Shown piece after piece: positions 12,315 through 23,672 of a DNA stretch of 64,000 nucleotides. This DNA comes from Eledone cirrhosa. Lineage: Eukaryota. The stretch's first letter is position 1; the number at the start of each line of letters is the position of its first letter. Below the pieces are notes generated by a model. It had not been told where the DNA came from. It made no database searches and worked only from the letters and a program-made list of their open reading frames with translations. Where the stretch lies: the NCBI GenBank assembly GCA_964016885.1, contig OZ024740.1:322214001-322278000 (forward strand), in the 5' to 3' direction. The position numbers were made by a program, and so were the translations under genes.

Positions 12315-13310
12315 ATTGAGCCGGATCAGATCAAACTGGATAGCATCAGATTGGACAGATATTAATCTATTTAATCCAGTCGAATCTGACACAGCCCAGC
12401 ATGGTCTGATCTGACCTGACCCATTTTGATCCAATCCGGACCATTTTGTTTTGGTCAAAGCTGATCCGATTTGGCCCAAACTGGTTTGAAGCAATCAAAT
12501 CTCATTCAGTTTGATCTGATCTGGTTTGATCTGGTCTGATCCAATACAACCCAATTTGGTCCAGAGCAATCTGATCCAGCCTGATCTTGATCTGATTTGA
12601 TCTAATTCAGTTTGATCTGATCCAATCCGGTTTGATCCTATCCAGTTTGATCCATTTTAGTTTGATAATCTCTGGTCTGATCCGGCCCGGTCTGATCTGG
12701 CCCAGTCTGATTCGACCTGGTCTGATCTGGCCTGGCATGACCAGGTCCAGTCTGATCCAGTCTGGTCTGATCCCGACCGGTCTGATCTAGTGTGGTCTGA
12801 TGAGGCCCGGCTTGAACTGGTCCAGTCTATTCCAGTCAGGATTAACCTGAACCAGTCTTATCTGGTCTGTTCTGATCCAGTCTGATCCATTCCACCCTGA
12901 TCTGGTCCAATCTGATCTGGTCCGGTCTGATCTGGTCTAGTCTGGTCCAGTCCAGTCTGATCCGGTATGGTCTGATCCAGTTAGGTCTGATCCGGTCCAG
13001 TTCGGTCTGACCTTATCCGGTCTGGCCCAGTCCCATCTGACCCGGTCCGGTCTGGTCTGATACGGTCCAGTCTTATCCAGTCTGGTCTGATCAGGTCAGG
13101 TCTGTTCCAGTCAGGTCTGATCTGGCCCAGTCTGATCTGGTCCGATTTGATCTGGTCCGGTCTAATCCGGTTTGGTCTGATCCGGCCTAGTCAGATCTAG
13201 TCTTGTCTGATCCAGTTTGGTCTGATCTGATGCAGCCTGATCCGGTCCGGTCTCATCCAGTCCGGTCTCATCCAGTCTGGTCTGATCCGGTCCAGTTTGA
13301 TCTGATCCTG
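12315..13310. repeat. Degenerate pentamer satellite (TCTGA/TCCAG/TCCGG/TCTGG)
   Basis: About 1 kb with a 5-nt period; more degenerate toward the left end. Confidence 0.9.
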
Positions 13311-13541
13311 TACGTTAAATTGTGTGTTAAGCTGCCAAATATATAAGTTTAGACCAATTTATGGAGAGAGTATTGAGGTAACCAAGACTGCATGAAATGT
13401 TTAAATAAATTAACACACTGATTATTGGGACATGCAAACATGTCAAACTTATGTAGTTCCCTGTAAATTGAAAATATAACTGATAAATGTTTTTAAGAAA
13501 TATATATCATAAAATGTCATGGATTTGTGTTTAGATCCATC

Positions 13542-13608
13542 ATGTCTTTTCTGACTGACCTTGGATTTGGAAAGGAGAGAAGTGATTCTAGAACTGAAAA
13601 GAGAAGCA
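13542..13608 (+). CDS. Candidate first coding exon of an unidentified host gene (MSFLTDLGFGKERSDSRTEKRS)
   Basis: Acceptor ttgtgtttag before 13535, ATG in ATCATG context at 13542, open frame, donor gtaaga at 13609 (phase 1); non-repetitive sequence. Confidence 0.4.
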
Positions 13609-13641
13609 GTAAGACTTAATTTATCGATATGGCAAAAACAT

Positions 13642-13868
13642 TTAACCCTTTATCATTTACATTACTTTATATTTAGTATTGTATTTTCATGGTAACCACT
13701 TTATTTCACATAATTATCTCACATAATATTGAATCTATGAGATTTTGATATTATTTATTTTGAGAACAATACCTTAACATAAGTATGAGCAGCCGGTTAC
13801 AGCCAGTTTGAACAGAGAGAGATGAGAGATTCTGGCCGGATGCGGCTGGTTTAAATGCTTAGGGTTTA
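13642..13868. mobile_element. piggyBac-like MITE
   Basis: TTAACCCTTTA..CATTTA at the left end and TAAATGCT.AGGGTTTAA at the right; second copy at 20728-20950. Confidence 0.65.
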
Positions 13869-14059
13869 AGTGAAGGGCTAACATTGAGATCAGAGAGCAA
13901 ACCCTCAGCATGGAGTAAGCATCATAATGCCTGAATGGTGGGAGGGGTTACAATAGCATCATGATTCTGGTGATAGCAGCATCGATAACAAAGAAAGTCA
14001 AGCTATAGAGTGGGCCACGAAACACAGACAGTCCATATTAGCTCCAATGCTGCTTTATA

Positions 14060-14235
14060 CTACAGGAGAGTCGGAGGGTGTGATCACTCGAAGTTGCGTC
14101 ACTCAACCTTAAATACAGTGTGTGTCTCTGATCAAATCATCAGAATACTGATTAGTGGTCTTTAGACTCACCTGATCAATGAAACAATTGTTAATACTGT
14201 AAATAAAACCCTTTTTGTACAGCCGACCATGTTAT
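14060..14235. mobile_element. Rearranged terminal-repeat fragment of the PLE family at 53068-56555, with a split HHR
   Basis: Minus-strand CAGTATT-CTGATGA-TTTGATCAG (14128-14150) and plus-strand CTGATCAAT-GAAAC-AATT-GTT-AATACTG (14172-14199). Confidence 0.75.
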
Positions 14236-14256
14236 TCTTCACTCTTTCACTACTAC

Positions 14257-14670
<414 letters not shown>

Positions 14671-15419
14671 TGCATTCTGCCATAACATAGAGTGCTGATT
14701 TTGGTACCTTCCTCAGTAAACCATGAACCCACTGAACCAATTATATATATATAAAGGATAAAAAAATATATAACTCAAATTGTATGTAGAGTGTTATATA
14801 TGAGAGTATATATGTTACTTGTAAAATTTTATTTTTAACTATATACATATATATATCATGGCTGCCCCCTCATTATTGAGTATGGCCATTGCACAATATA
14901 CCATTATTAATAATTGCTTCTATTTTTGGCACAAGACCAGCAAATACCCAGTACATTACTGGTACTTTATTTTATCGACCCCGTAAGGATGAAAGGCAAA
15001 GTTAACCTCAACGGGATTTGAACTCATTAATAATTATTAATTAATGATTTGAACTTATTTATAATTATTAATTAATTCTATCATGCAATGCCTGTGTGTG
15101 AAGATATTTTTTAAAGTGAGGAAAGACTGTGCACTGAGCCAATCCCACTCTCTGAGCGACAGTAGCTATAACCTGAAAAGAAGAAAAGATCAACATCATC
15201 GGTAACTACTGAGCCGCAAGTTTTATATCGGAGTTATCCTAGTTTCCTGAGTTGCCTTCTCCTAGAAGAATGCCCTGACACAGTCTAGGGGTCCTTCACT
15301 CCCAGTGGTTTAACCGCGCAATCGGGTGTCCAGCCTGACTATTTCTATGTCCCCGCACATATACATACACCCATGCATATACACATATACATATACATAC
15401 ACATGTACATGTGTATATA

Positions 15420-15612
15420 CTTTTGGATGGCCGTTGACTCTTATGAGCTCTTCTGCCCTTTGTCAGGTTTTGTTTTTTGTCCTGCAGGGTGTCCAAAATC
15501 ACCCTCCTCACCAAGTAAATTTGGTGGGGTTGCCGGTTTAGTTGCCGACGTCCCAACCATGCAACAGGTTGTATTGGGTTACATCTTACCAGTAGCACTC
15601 AAGAGTGACCCG
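15420..15612. repeat. Unclassified interspersed repeat (second copy 17168-17355)
   Basis: Shared GGATGGCC.TTGACTC...TTGGTGGGGTTGC..GTTTAGT...TTACCAGTA. Confidence 0.7.
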
Positions 15613-15625
15613 ACATAACATAACA

Positions 15626-15676
<51 letters not shown>

Positions 15677-15851
15677 CAAAGGAATTGTGGTAAGGAACCA
15701 GATGGACCATAACGCACCAGAGTACTCAATACTTAGGGTAGTAGAGTGGGAAATAGGAAAAAGTATGACCCCGACGGCAGAGCTCAAGCCGTTTCAACGG
15801 CTATTTCTGGACCTGAAAATCCGAAGGCAAGGTAAAATTCCAATCATTTAA

Positions 15852-15925
15852 TCACGACACATGTTTCAATAATAGATAGATCGATTGTGAAGCCACAATC
15901 AATTATTACTGATCTCATCAGGTGA
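15852..15925 (-). ncRNA. Type I hammerhead ribozyme, intact core
   Basis: Mirror of 16028-16101: TCAC-CTGATGA-[47 nt]-GAAAC-ATGT-GTC-GTGA. Confidence 0.8.
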
Positions 15926-16027
15926 AAATGAATTGCCTTCAAATTTCTTGATATGAGGGAATGAATTATGTGAGGCAACATCGTTTTTTTTCTCCCTCAT
16001 ATCAAGAAATTTGAAGACAATTCATTT

Positions 16028-16101
16028 TCACCTGATGAGATCAGTGATAATTAATTGTGGCTTCACAATCGATCTATCTCTTATTGAAACATGTGTCGTG
16101 A
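16028..16101 (+). ncRNA. Type I hammerhead ribozyme, intact core, extended stem II
   Basis: TCAC-CTGATGA-[47-nt hairpin capped by ATTGTG-GCTT-CACAAT]-GAAAC-ATGT-GTC-GTGA; GUC cleavage triplet at 16095-16097; palindromic ACATGT. Confidence 0.8.
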
Positions 16102-16239
16102 TTAAATGATTGGAATTTTACCTTGCCTTTGGATTTTCAGGTCCAGAAATAGCCGTTGAAACGGCTTGAGCTCTGCCATCGGGGTCATACTTTACCTTAC
16201 TTTACCTCAGAATTTTACCTTGCCTTTGGATTTTCATTT

Positions 16240-16274
<35 letters not shown>

Positions 16275-16278
<4 letters not shown>

Positions 16279-16830
16279 CAGTGAGTGGTGGGTGCTTTTT
16301 TGCCATGGCACCTCCACGACCACTTTGCAGTGGAATGATAGGGACCCCAGTCCCTATCATCTCATTTCTACAGCTGAGTAAACTGGAGCAATGTGAAATA
16401 AAGTGTCTTGCTCAAGGAAACAACACATCACCCGGTCTGAGAATTGAACTCACAACCTTTGGATTGCAAGGCCAACGCTCTAACCACATATACAGGCACA
16501 TGGCTTAGTGGTTAGAGCGTTGGCCTTGCAATCCAAAGGTTGTGAGTTCAATTCTCAGACCGGGTGATGTGTTGTTTCCTTGAGCAAGACACTTTATTTC
16601 ACATTGCTCCAGTTTACTCAGCTGTAGAAATGAGATGATAGGGACTGGGGTCCATATCATTCCACTGCAAAGTGGTTGTGGAGGTGCCACGGCAAAAAAG
16701 CACCCAGCACTCACTGTAAATGAGGTTGGTGTTAGGAAGGGCATCCAGCTGTAGAAATCAAGCCAAAATCAGTTCCCATCCCACCCTTGCAAGCAGGGAA
16801 AAAGCGGACGTAAAATGAAATGATGATATA
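16275..16830. mobile_element. CORE-like tRNA SINE (family B, 16494-16830 +) preceded by an inverted copy of itself
   Basis: Head TGGCTTAGTGGTTAGAGCG..GAGTTCAATTC, CORE-like TTGAGCAAGACACTT..CTGTAGAAATG, RTE-type tail; 16275-16487 mirrors 16508-16720. Confidence 0.88.
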
Positions 16831-17404
16831 TATATATATATGATGGCTGCAACTCAATTTTGAGTAATGCCATCGCTTGATACTTAAGCATGAGCATCAC
16901 GGACGTGGCATTTTAGTCCTGCTAGGGACTTGCCTATGGCCAGCAATACCATGCATCATAGAAAATGTCACATATCAAGCGATGCCTGTGCTTGCAGCTT
17001 TGCACGGCCAATCCCACTCTTTGAACATTGAACGCAAGTCTACATCACTGGATGCAAACGAAGTTGCCAGTCTTATATCAGAGTGAACGTCTCCTGGAGA
17101 GATGTCTTAATGAAGACTAGTAGTCTCGAGCCCCACAAAAAAAGAAACTTTAAAAAAAACAACTTCATTGGATGGCCATTGACTCTGCTGAGTTCTTCCG
17201 TCCTTTGACAGGTTTTATTTTCCATCCCGCTGGGTGTCCCAAATCACTCTCCTCACTAAGCAAGCTTGGTGGGGTTGCTAGTTTAGTCGACAACGACCTG
17301 ACCATGCACAAGTTGTACTGGGATGCATGTTACCAGTAACGTTGGAGAGCGCCCTAACACTAACATACATACATACACACATGGAGAGAGGGGAGATGTG
17401 TTGA

Positions 17405-17705
17405 TGTGGTGTACTGGTGTAGTGTGGTGGTATAGTGTAGTGCAGTGGTGTGGAGTGGTGTTGTTTGGTGCAGTGTGGTGTGGTGTAATGGTGAGGTATG
17501 GTATAGTGTGGTGAGGTGTGGCATGGTGTGGTGTGGAGTGGTGTTGTTTGGTGCAGTGAGGTGTGGTGTAGTGGTGAGGTATGGTCTAGTGTGGTTAAGG
17601 TATGGTGTGGTGTGGTGTGGTGTGGTGTGGAGTGGTGTGGAGTGGTGTTGTCTGGTGCAGTGAGGTGTGGTGTAGTGGTGAGGTATGGTGTGGTGTGGTG
17701 TGGTG
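17405..17705. repeat. (GTGTG)n-like degenerate minisatellite
   Basis: GT-rich 5-mer variants with a repeated longer unit. Confidence 0.9.
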
Positions 17706-17763
17706 CAGGATGAAAGATTGAGAGAAGAAACTAAATTTTGCTTTTTATCAGAGAAAAACCTAA

Positions 17764-18418
17764 ACAACATCACCGACAACAACAACATCTACAGCAGCAA
17801 CAGCATCATCATCAACAACAACAGCATCGTCTACAACAGCAACAGCATCATCATCAACAACAACATCTACAACAGCAACAGCATCATCATCAACAACAAC
17901 ATCAACATCAACAGCATCGTCTACAACAGCAACAGCATCATCATCAACAACAACATCTACAACAGCAACAGCATCATCATCAACAACAACATCAACATCA
18001 ACAGCATCGTCTACAACAGCAACAACATCATCATCAACAACAACATCTACAACAGCAACAGCATCATCATCAACAACAACATCAACATCAACAGCATCGT
18101 CTACAACAGCAACAACATCATCATCAACAACAACATCTACAACAGCAACAGCATCATCATCAACAACAACATCAACAGCATCGTCTACAACAGCAACAAC
18201 ATCATCGTCAACAACAACATCTACAGCAGCAACAGCATCATCATCAACAACAACATCAACAGCATCGTCTACAACAGCAACAACATCATCGTCAACAACA
18301 ACATCTACAGCAGCAACAGCATCATCATCAACAACAACATCAACAGCATCGTCTACAACAGCAACAACATCATCATCAACAAGATCATCAACAACAACAT
18401 CAACATCTACAACAACAA
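17764..18418. repeat. CAA/CAT/CAG minisatellite with 90- and 84-bp higher-order units
   Basis: The translated unit HQHQQHRLQQQQHHHQQQHLQQQQHHHQQQ (30 codons) repeats; all plus frames are open. Confidence 0.92.
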
Positions 18419-18829
18419 GACGGATTCAGATTCAGTTTTATGAGTCATGGGACAGTGAGAAGAGTTATGGCATAGAACAGATTGGGGGAGAGAGAGGGGG
18501 GAGGGGGGGGAGAAGAGAGAAAGAGAGGAAGAGAGAGATGGATAGATAGATGGGTGGATGGCTTGATGGATGGATAAACAGACAGAGAGAAAAAGAGAGA
18601 GACAGAGAGAGAGAGGGAGACAGAGAGACAGATGGATAGGTAGATAGATAGACAGACAGACAGATAGATAGATGAGTAGGTAGGTTGGTAGATAGAAAGT
18701 GAGACAATGAGTAAGAGACAGATAGATAGATAGATAGATAGATAGAGTGAAAATCTGTTAGGTGAAACGCACGTCCTTGAGTATGGTTTGTTAATTTGTT
18801 GTGGAACTAACTCTTTCCCTCTCTCTCCT

Positions 18830-18861
<32 letters not shown>

Positions 18862-18893
18862 GTATATATATATATAGTATATATATATATATA

Positions 18894-18927
<34 letters not shown>

Positions 18928-19000
18928 TATATATATACAGAGGGAGAGAGAGAGGGGAGAAGAGAAAGAAATAAACAGATGTGTAGAGAAAGAGATAGAT

Positions 19001-19048
<48 letters not shown>

Positions 19049-19408
19049 GTGAAAGAGTGAAGAATAACAAAACAAATAGCTAGATGTTACAGTCTGTATA
19101 ATAGATAGAGAGAGGAAGGAATGACCAATATTTTGGTGAATGAGAACTATATTGTCATTGAATGTGACAATACAGCATAGAGTGAAGACATGTTTGACAG
19201 GGAAAGTATATAGAGTGTATAAAGTCACTGGTGCCAAGCTATATCTTAGCCTTTCTCTTGGACATTAGGGGGTTGGAGAGGGGAGACTGGTATACAGAGG
19301 TGACTACTGGTCATCCACAAACAATCTTACCTGGACATGTGCACCGGAGGGAAATTTTCTAGGTGCAAAAGTCATGGTCATTCATGACTGAAGTTGCCAA
19401 GAAAATAA

Positions 19409-19446
<38 letters not shown>

Positions 19447-19759
19447 ATAAATTAAAAGGAAGAATGAATCATTGACTTCATTTTCTCACTTTTCCTCTCT
19501 TTACGTTGCCTCACCATTCGTGTTTGCTTACCTGTCTCTCTTTCTCCACCCAATTATTTTTATCCCAATAACTTATTTTAGTTATTGTATCGCGCAAGCC
19601 TGAGGTATCTGGTCTTTAATGGGAAGAAATACCTATGATGGCTAATAGACCACTGATGATGGACAGTCCTGGCTTCTATTTCTAATTCTTCCTTTTAATT
19701 TGTATATCACATTTGCAACAACATAGCACGCAATTTTTCATCATTATATATATATATCA

Positions 19760-20695
19760 TCATCATCATCATCATCATCGTTTAACGTTCATTTTCCTCG
19801 CTAGCATGGGTCTGGACGGGAATTGTCCCACTTGAAGCAAGATTGGTTGTCTTGCTCAGGACTGTCTGGCGGGTTTTCTATGGCTGGATGCCCTTCCTAA
19901 CACCAACCACGTTTACAGTGTGGACTGGGAGGTTTTTACCGTGTTACCTACACGGCCACATTACAGCGTGGACTGTGTGTTTTATTGTCGTGACACCTAG
20001 ACGTCTGGCGGGTTTTCTACGGCTGGGTGCCCTTCCCAACACCAACCACGTTTACAGTGTGTACTGGAAGGTTTTTACCGTGTTACCTACACAGCCACAT
20101 TACAGTGTGGACTGTGTGTTTTTTGTCGTGACACCTACACGACCTCATTTGTTTCGGACTGGATGTTGTGGTACCAACATAACTTCACATTTAAAGGGGT
20201 GGTGTGGATGGGGTGGGGGTAGTGGGACGGGGGTGTATATTGTTAGAGGTGCCTACTGACTGTAGGTTTCGCTTTGTACTTAGGCAAGGCGGGTCTTCTG
20301 TATAACTGTGTAGCGCCAAAGATTTCGGTCCAGTGACATTGTCTTGGAGAGGTGTAAGTGTGTGAGGTCGGAATTTATCAAGTCGTCCCAGGTTTTTCTG
20401 GGTCTGCCTACTCCGTGGCTACCGTCTATTTTTATCGCCCTGCACTTTTTTATACAGCTGTCGTCTTTCATGCGCATTACGTGACCGTACCAACGTAGTC
20501 TTCTCTCGAGTAAACAACATCTGATCCCTCTTATTCCTAATTTCTCCCTTAGTTCGTTTATGCTTTGCCGTTCACGTATATTACTGTTACACATCCAGCG
20601 GAGCATTCAAGCTTCGTTTCTCTCCAGTCTGCGTATATCCTCTGCACACAATGCCCAGGTCTCACTGCCATGTAACATTGCTGTTCGTATGCAGT
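19760..20695 (-). mobile_element. RTE LINE 3' fragment with 3' UTR
   Basis: ORF 20280-20606 MLRWMC..RRLRWYGHVMRM..GRPRKTW; same family as 28890-31775. Confidence 0.93.
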
Positions 20696-20727
20696 ATATA
20701 TATATATAATTTAGGATGGATTCAGTT

Positions 20728-20950
20728 TTAACTCTTTAGTATTTACATTACTCTATATATTTTCATGGTAAAGGCTTTACCTCACATAATTATCTCACAT
20801 AATGTTGAATCTATGAGATTTCGATTTGATACAATTTATTTTGAGAACAATACCTTAACATTAGTATGAACAGCCAGTTACAGCCAGTTTGAACAGAAAG
20901 AGGTGAGAGAATTCTGGCCAGATATGGCTGGTTTAAATGCTAAAGGGTTT
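20728..20950. mobile_element. piggyBac-like MITE, copy 2
   Basis: Homologous to 13642-13868 with TTAA-CYC ends. Confidence 0.65.
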
Positions 20951-21334
20951 GACCATTACTCAAGAGAGTTCTCAATACTTGGGTAGTAAGTATATATAAC
21001 CCTTCCAGAGCTGACATACATACATAATACATTACCATAAAAATTATAATTGTTATTATAAAGATTCTCTGTCCTAAGGTTAAGTTTCTACTGTTTTAAT
21101 AGCAAAAGTTTCTCATTTGCAGATACTGAAATGTATGACAGTGCGTCCTTATAATGATATCTAAACTCTACTTTTCTTATGTATAGAGTACTAAGTTGAA
21201 TAATGGTCTTACTGTTTTAACAGGTAATATTTCACATATATATGTACACACACATATATATATATCATCATATATATATATACCATGCTAGCATGGAAAA
21301 GCAGTCGTTAAAAAAATGGCTTATATATAATATA

Positions 21335-21835
21335 ACGAAGAAGGGTTTCTCCCTGCGTACGAAAGGCCGGTTATATGATGCCTGTGTGAGGAGCGCGATG
21401 CTGCATGGTAGTGAGACATGGGCAGCAACTGCAGAGGATATGCAACGGCTGGAGAGAAATGAGGCAAGCATGCTCCGTTGGATGTGCAGTGTCAATGTGC
21501 ATGAACGACCCAGCATGAATGTGTTGAGAGAGAAACTGTGTCTGAGAGGGATAGAATGTAGTGTGCGAGAGAGGAGACTGAGGTGGTATGGACATGTGAT
21601 GCGCATGGAGGATGACCGATGGGTGAAGAAGTGCCACGAAATGCCAGTTGAAGGAAGATGTGGTAGAGGTAGACCACGAAAAACATGGGCGGAGGTGGTG
21701 AGAACAGACCTCAGATCGCTGAAGCTCACGGTGGAGATGACGAAGGACTGTGACGAGTGGAGAGATGCTGTGCTGAATAAGACCCATCCCACCCTTGCAA
21801 GCAGGGAAGAGTGGACGTAAAATGATGATGATAAT
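21335..21835 (+). mobile_element. RTE LINE 3' fragment, second subfamily
   Basis: KGRLYDACVRSAMLHGSETW..RRLRWYGHV..GRPRKTW and a (TGA)n tail. Confidence 0.93.
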
Positions 21836-21861
21836 GATATATATATATATATCATCATCAT

Positions 21862-22250
21862 CATCATCCTCACCATCTAGTTTTTGATTATGCAGGACAC
21901 AATTAATCCCTAAGTAGGGGTGGGTCCTGCCTGATGGTGCTCCTTAAAGTCCCACTCCATGTGTTTCTGTCTGCTAGTCTCAATTAGGCTAGGTCAAGCC
22001 TTGCTTGATCCCAATAGACATCCTCCATCCAAGTCCTTTTTGGTCTTCCTGGGCCTCTACTGCCTCCTGGATCGACAATCATCACTTTGCTGATCCAGCC
22101 CTCATTGCACTCGACATGGCCATACGAGCACATGCATCTCATATGAAGCACATCCTCAAGGTCATCAATCAGCAGTCTTTTCAGGAGCTGAGTTGAGCTG
22201 ACATCATCTTCAGTGGTCACACTGCACATCCAGTGGGTCATAGCTCTGTC
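21862..22250 (-). mobile_element. RTE LINE 3' fragment, third subfamily (also 40655-41200 +)
   Basis: YGHV..GSRGPGRPKRTW; tail shared with 41140-41200. Confidence 0.85.
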
Positions 22251-22299
22251 ATATATAATATATATGTATATAAATATATATATGTATTTAAAAGGTAAA

Positions 22300-22585
22300 C
22301 AGAAATAACAACACAATCGGTACAGTATATGGAAGGGATATATTAGGTTAATGCTTGATATAGCAGGAAGAGGGCCTTAACGTTTCGGACGCTAGTCCTT
22401 CATCAGAAGAAAGAATGAGAAATAAAATAGATTGAGGGGACGGGCGAGTTGGAATTGGAAAAAAATGTCTTTAGATAAAAATAACAGGTCCATTCATGTT
22501 GACCTCTCTTGGAAAACTATTGATGCTGGCGTTTTGTGTATGATATATTTTTTAGAAAAGTGGATGATGGAGCTCATCTACCTGA
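22300..22585 (-). mobile_element. Penelope-like 3' end remnant
   Basis: Carries a minimal HHR; upstream sequence weakly resembles the C-terminal tail of a GIY-YIG ORF. Confidence 0.5.
22376..22409 (-). ncRNA. Minimal type I hammerhead ribozyme, intact core
   Basis: CTT-CTGATGA-A-GGAC-TAGC-GTCC-GAAAC-GTT-AAG; loopless palindromic AACGTT stem III typical of PLE minimal HHRs. Confidence 0.82.
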
Positions 22586-22930
22586 AATGGAAAAAAAAAA
22601 GTGTTGTAATAAAAGCTATACTTATGCACGTGCGTAAGCATGTGTGTGTGTGTTATTATATGTCCGTACAAAGCTAAGAAGAAATGTGTGTGTATATGTG
22701 AGTAAAAGAATATACAGTAGAAATGTATGTAAATATAGTTACAGGCAGTTCCTCAGTTAAAGAACTCAATGCTGTTATGCCTCATATAAGTTTAAGAGAG
22801 GCTGGACAGCAGGAGGTCTTCAGTGCAGAAACACCACTCAAGCAAGTGTTTCAGTTATTACTCCAGGTCTAAGGCAGCTGTAATGTGCAGCATGTAAAAA
22901 CTTGACTTCATTCCTGCTTACATGTATATA

Positions 22931-23230
22931 CAGTTGTCCCCCCTGTATTCGCAGGAGTTTTGTTCCTAGAGCACCTACGAATAATGAAAAACTGCGAATA
23001 TTGGACGTGGTCCATAAAAATGCCTATAAATGTCAAAAGATAACATAAAATAGAGGCCGGCAAATACAGTATATTGTTATTAATAATTTAGCATTAAGAA
23101 GTGTGAAAAAATATATATTGCCACAAATATGTGGTGGTTTCCACAAACAATTATTAGTTAGGTTCTAAGGAAAATTCCATGAATAACCGGGACTGTAAAT
23201 GCCAAACCATGAATATCCGGGGGTTCACTG
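22931..23230. mobile_element. Tigger/pogo-like MITE
   Basis: TA-CAGTTGTCCCCCTGTATTCG at the left end and GAATATCCGGGGGTTCACTG at the right form imperfect TIRs. Confidence 0.6.
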
Positions 23231-23252
23231 TCTCTCTCTATATATATATCAA

Positions 23253-23591
23253 TGATATTAATAAATGGAAACTATATTTATAAAACCATATTTATTTTAT
23301 TATATATATTTCAAGGGTACCAAAAACTTTGGTACGCTCTCATCCAAACGGAACCTGAACCGATAAGGTCTGGTTTCTGGGGGATGTCACTATTTATAAA
23401 ACAAATTTTGTATTTTATCTGATGAGAGCATACCAAAGTTTTTGGTACCCTTAAAATATATATAATAAAATAAATATGGTTTTATAAATATAGTTTCCAT
23501 TTATTAATATCAACTCCAGGAACTTTGTTGAGTGCTTCAAATCTGTTATAAATAAATTTGTTGAATTACCAACAAATTAAATATCTCTTTG

Positions 23592-23594
<3 letters not shown>
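23253..23594. mobile_element. Fold-back HHR element (arms ~90 bp) with HHR at 23412-23471 (+)
   Basis: ATTTTAT-CTGATGA-GAGC.TACCAAA..TTTGGTAC.CTT-[A/G]AAAT-ATAT-ATA-ATAAAAT. The right arm keeps CUGAUGA and the left arm keeps GAAA. Related to 63335-63600. Confidence 0.85.

Positions 23595-23672
<78 letters not shown>

Larger units (their letters stand above)
15674..16193. mobile_element. Fold-back HHR element (arms ~200 bp, spacer ~32 bp) with terminal extension
   Basis: 15761-15960 is the reverse complement of 15993-16192; the tail 15674-15760 abuts (TA)n. Confidence 0.92.

Noticed and set aside
12315-13310. CRISPR-like array
   Set aside because: No constant repeat with unique spacers, eukaryotic context, and no cas genes.
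16494-16565. Additional tRNA genes at SINE heads (also 31963, 33082)
   Set aside because: A/B boxes are present but there is no complete cloverleaf, and they continue into SINE bodies.
21100-21235. Apparent acceptor (tttgcag) and recursive splice site (ttttaacag/gtaata)
   Set aside because: The region resembles the repeat tail carrying the GAGTACT motif and mirrors 20950-20990; better explained as element debris.
22745-22867. 41-codon open frame after ttacag as a host exon
   Set aside because: Weak donor, and the start resembles a TA-CAGGCAG Tigger-type terminal repeat.
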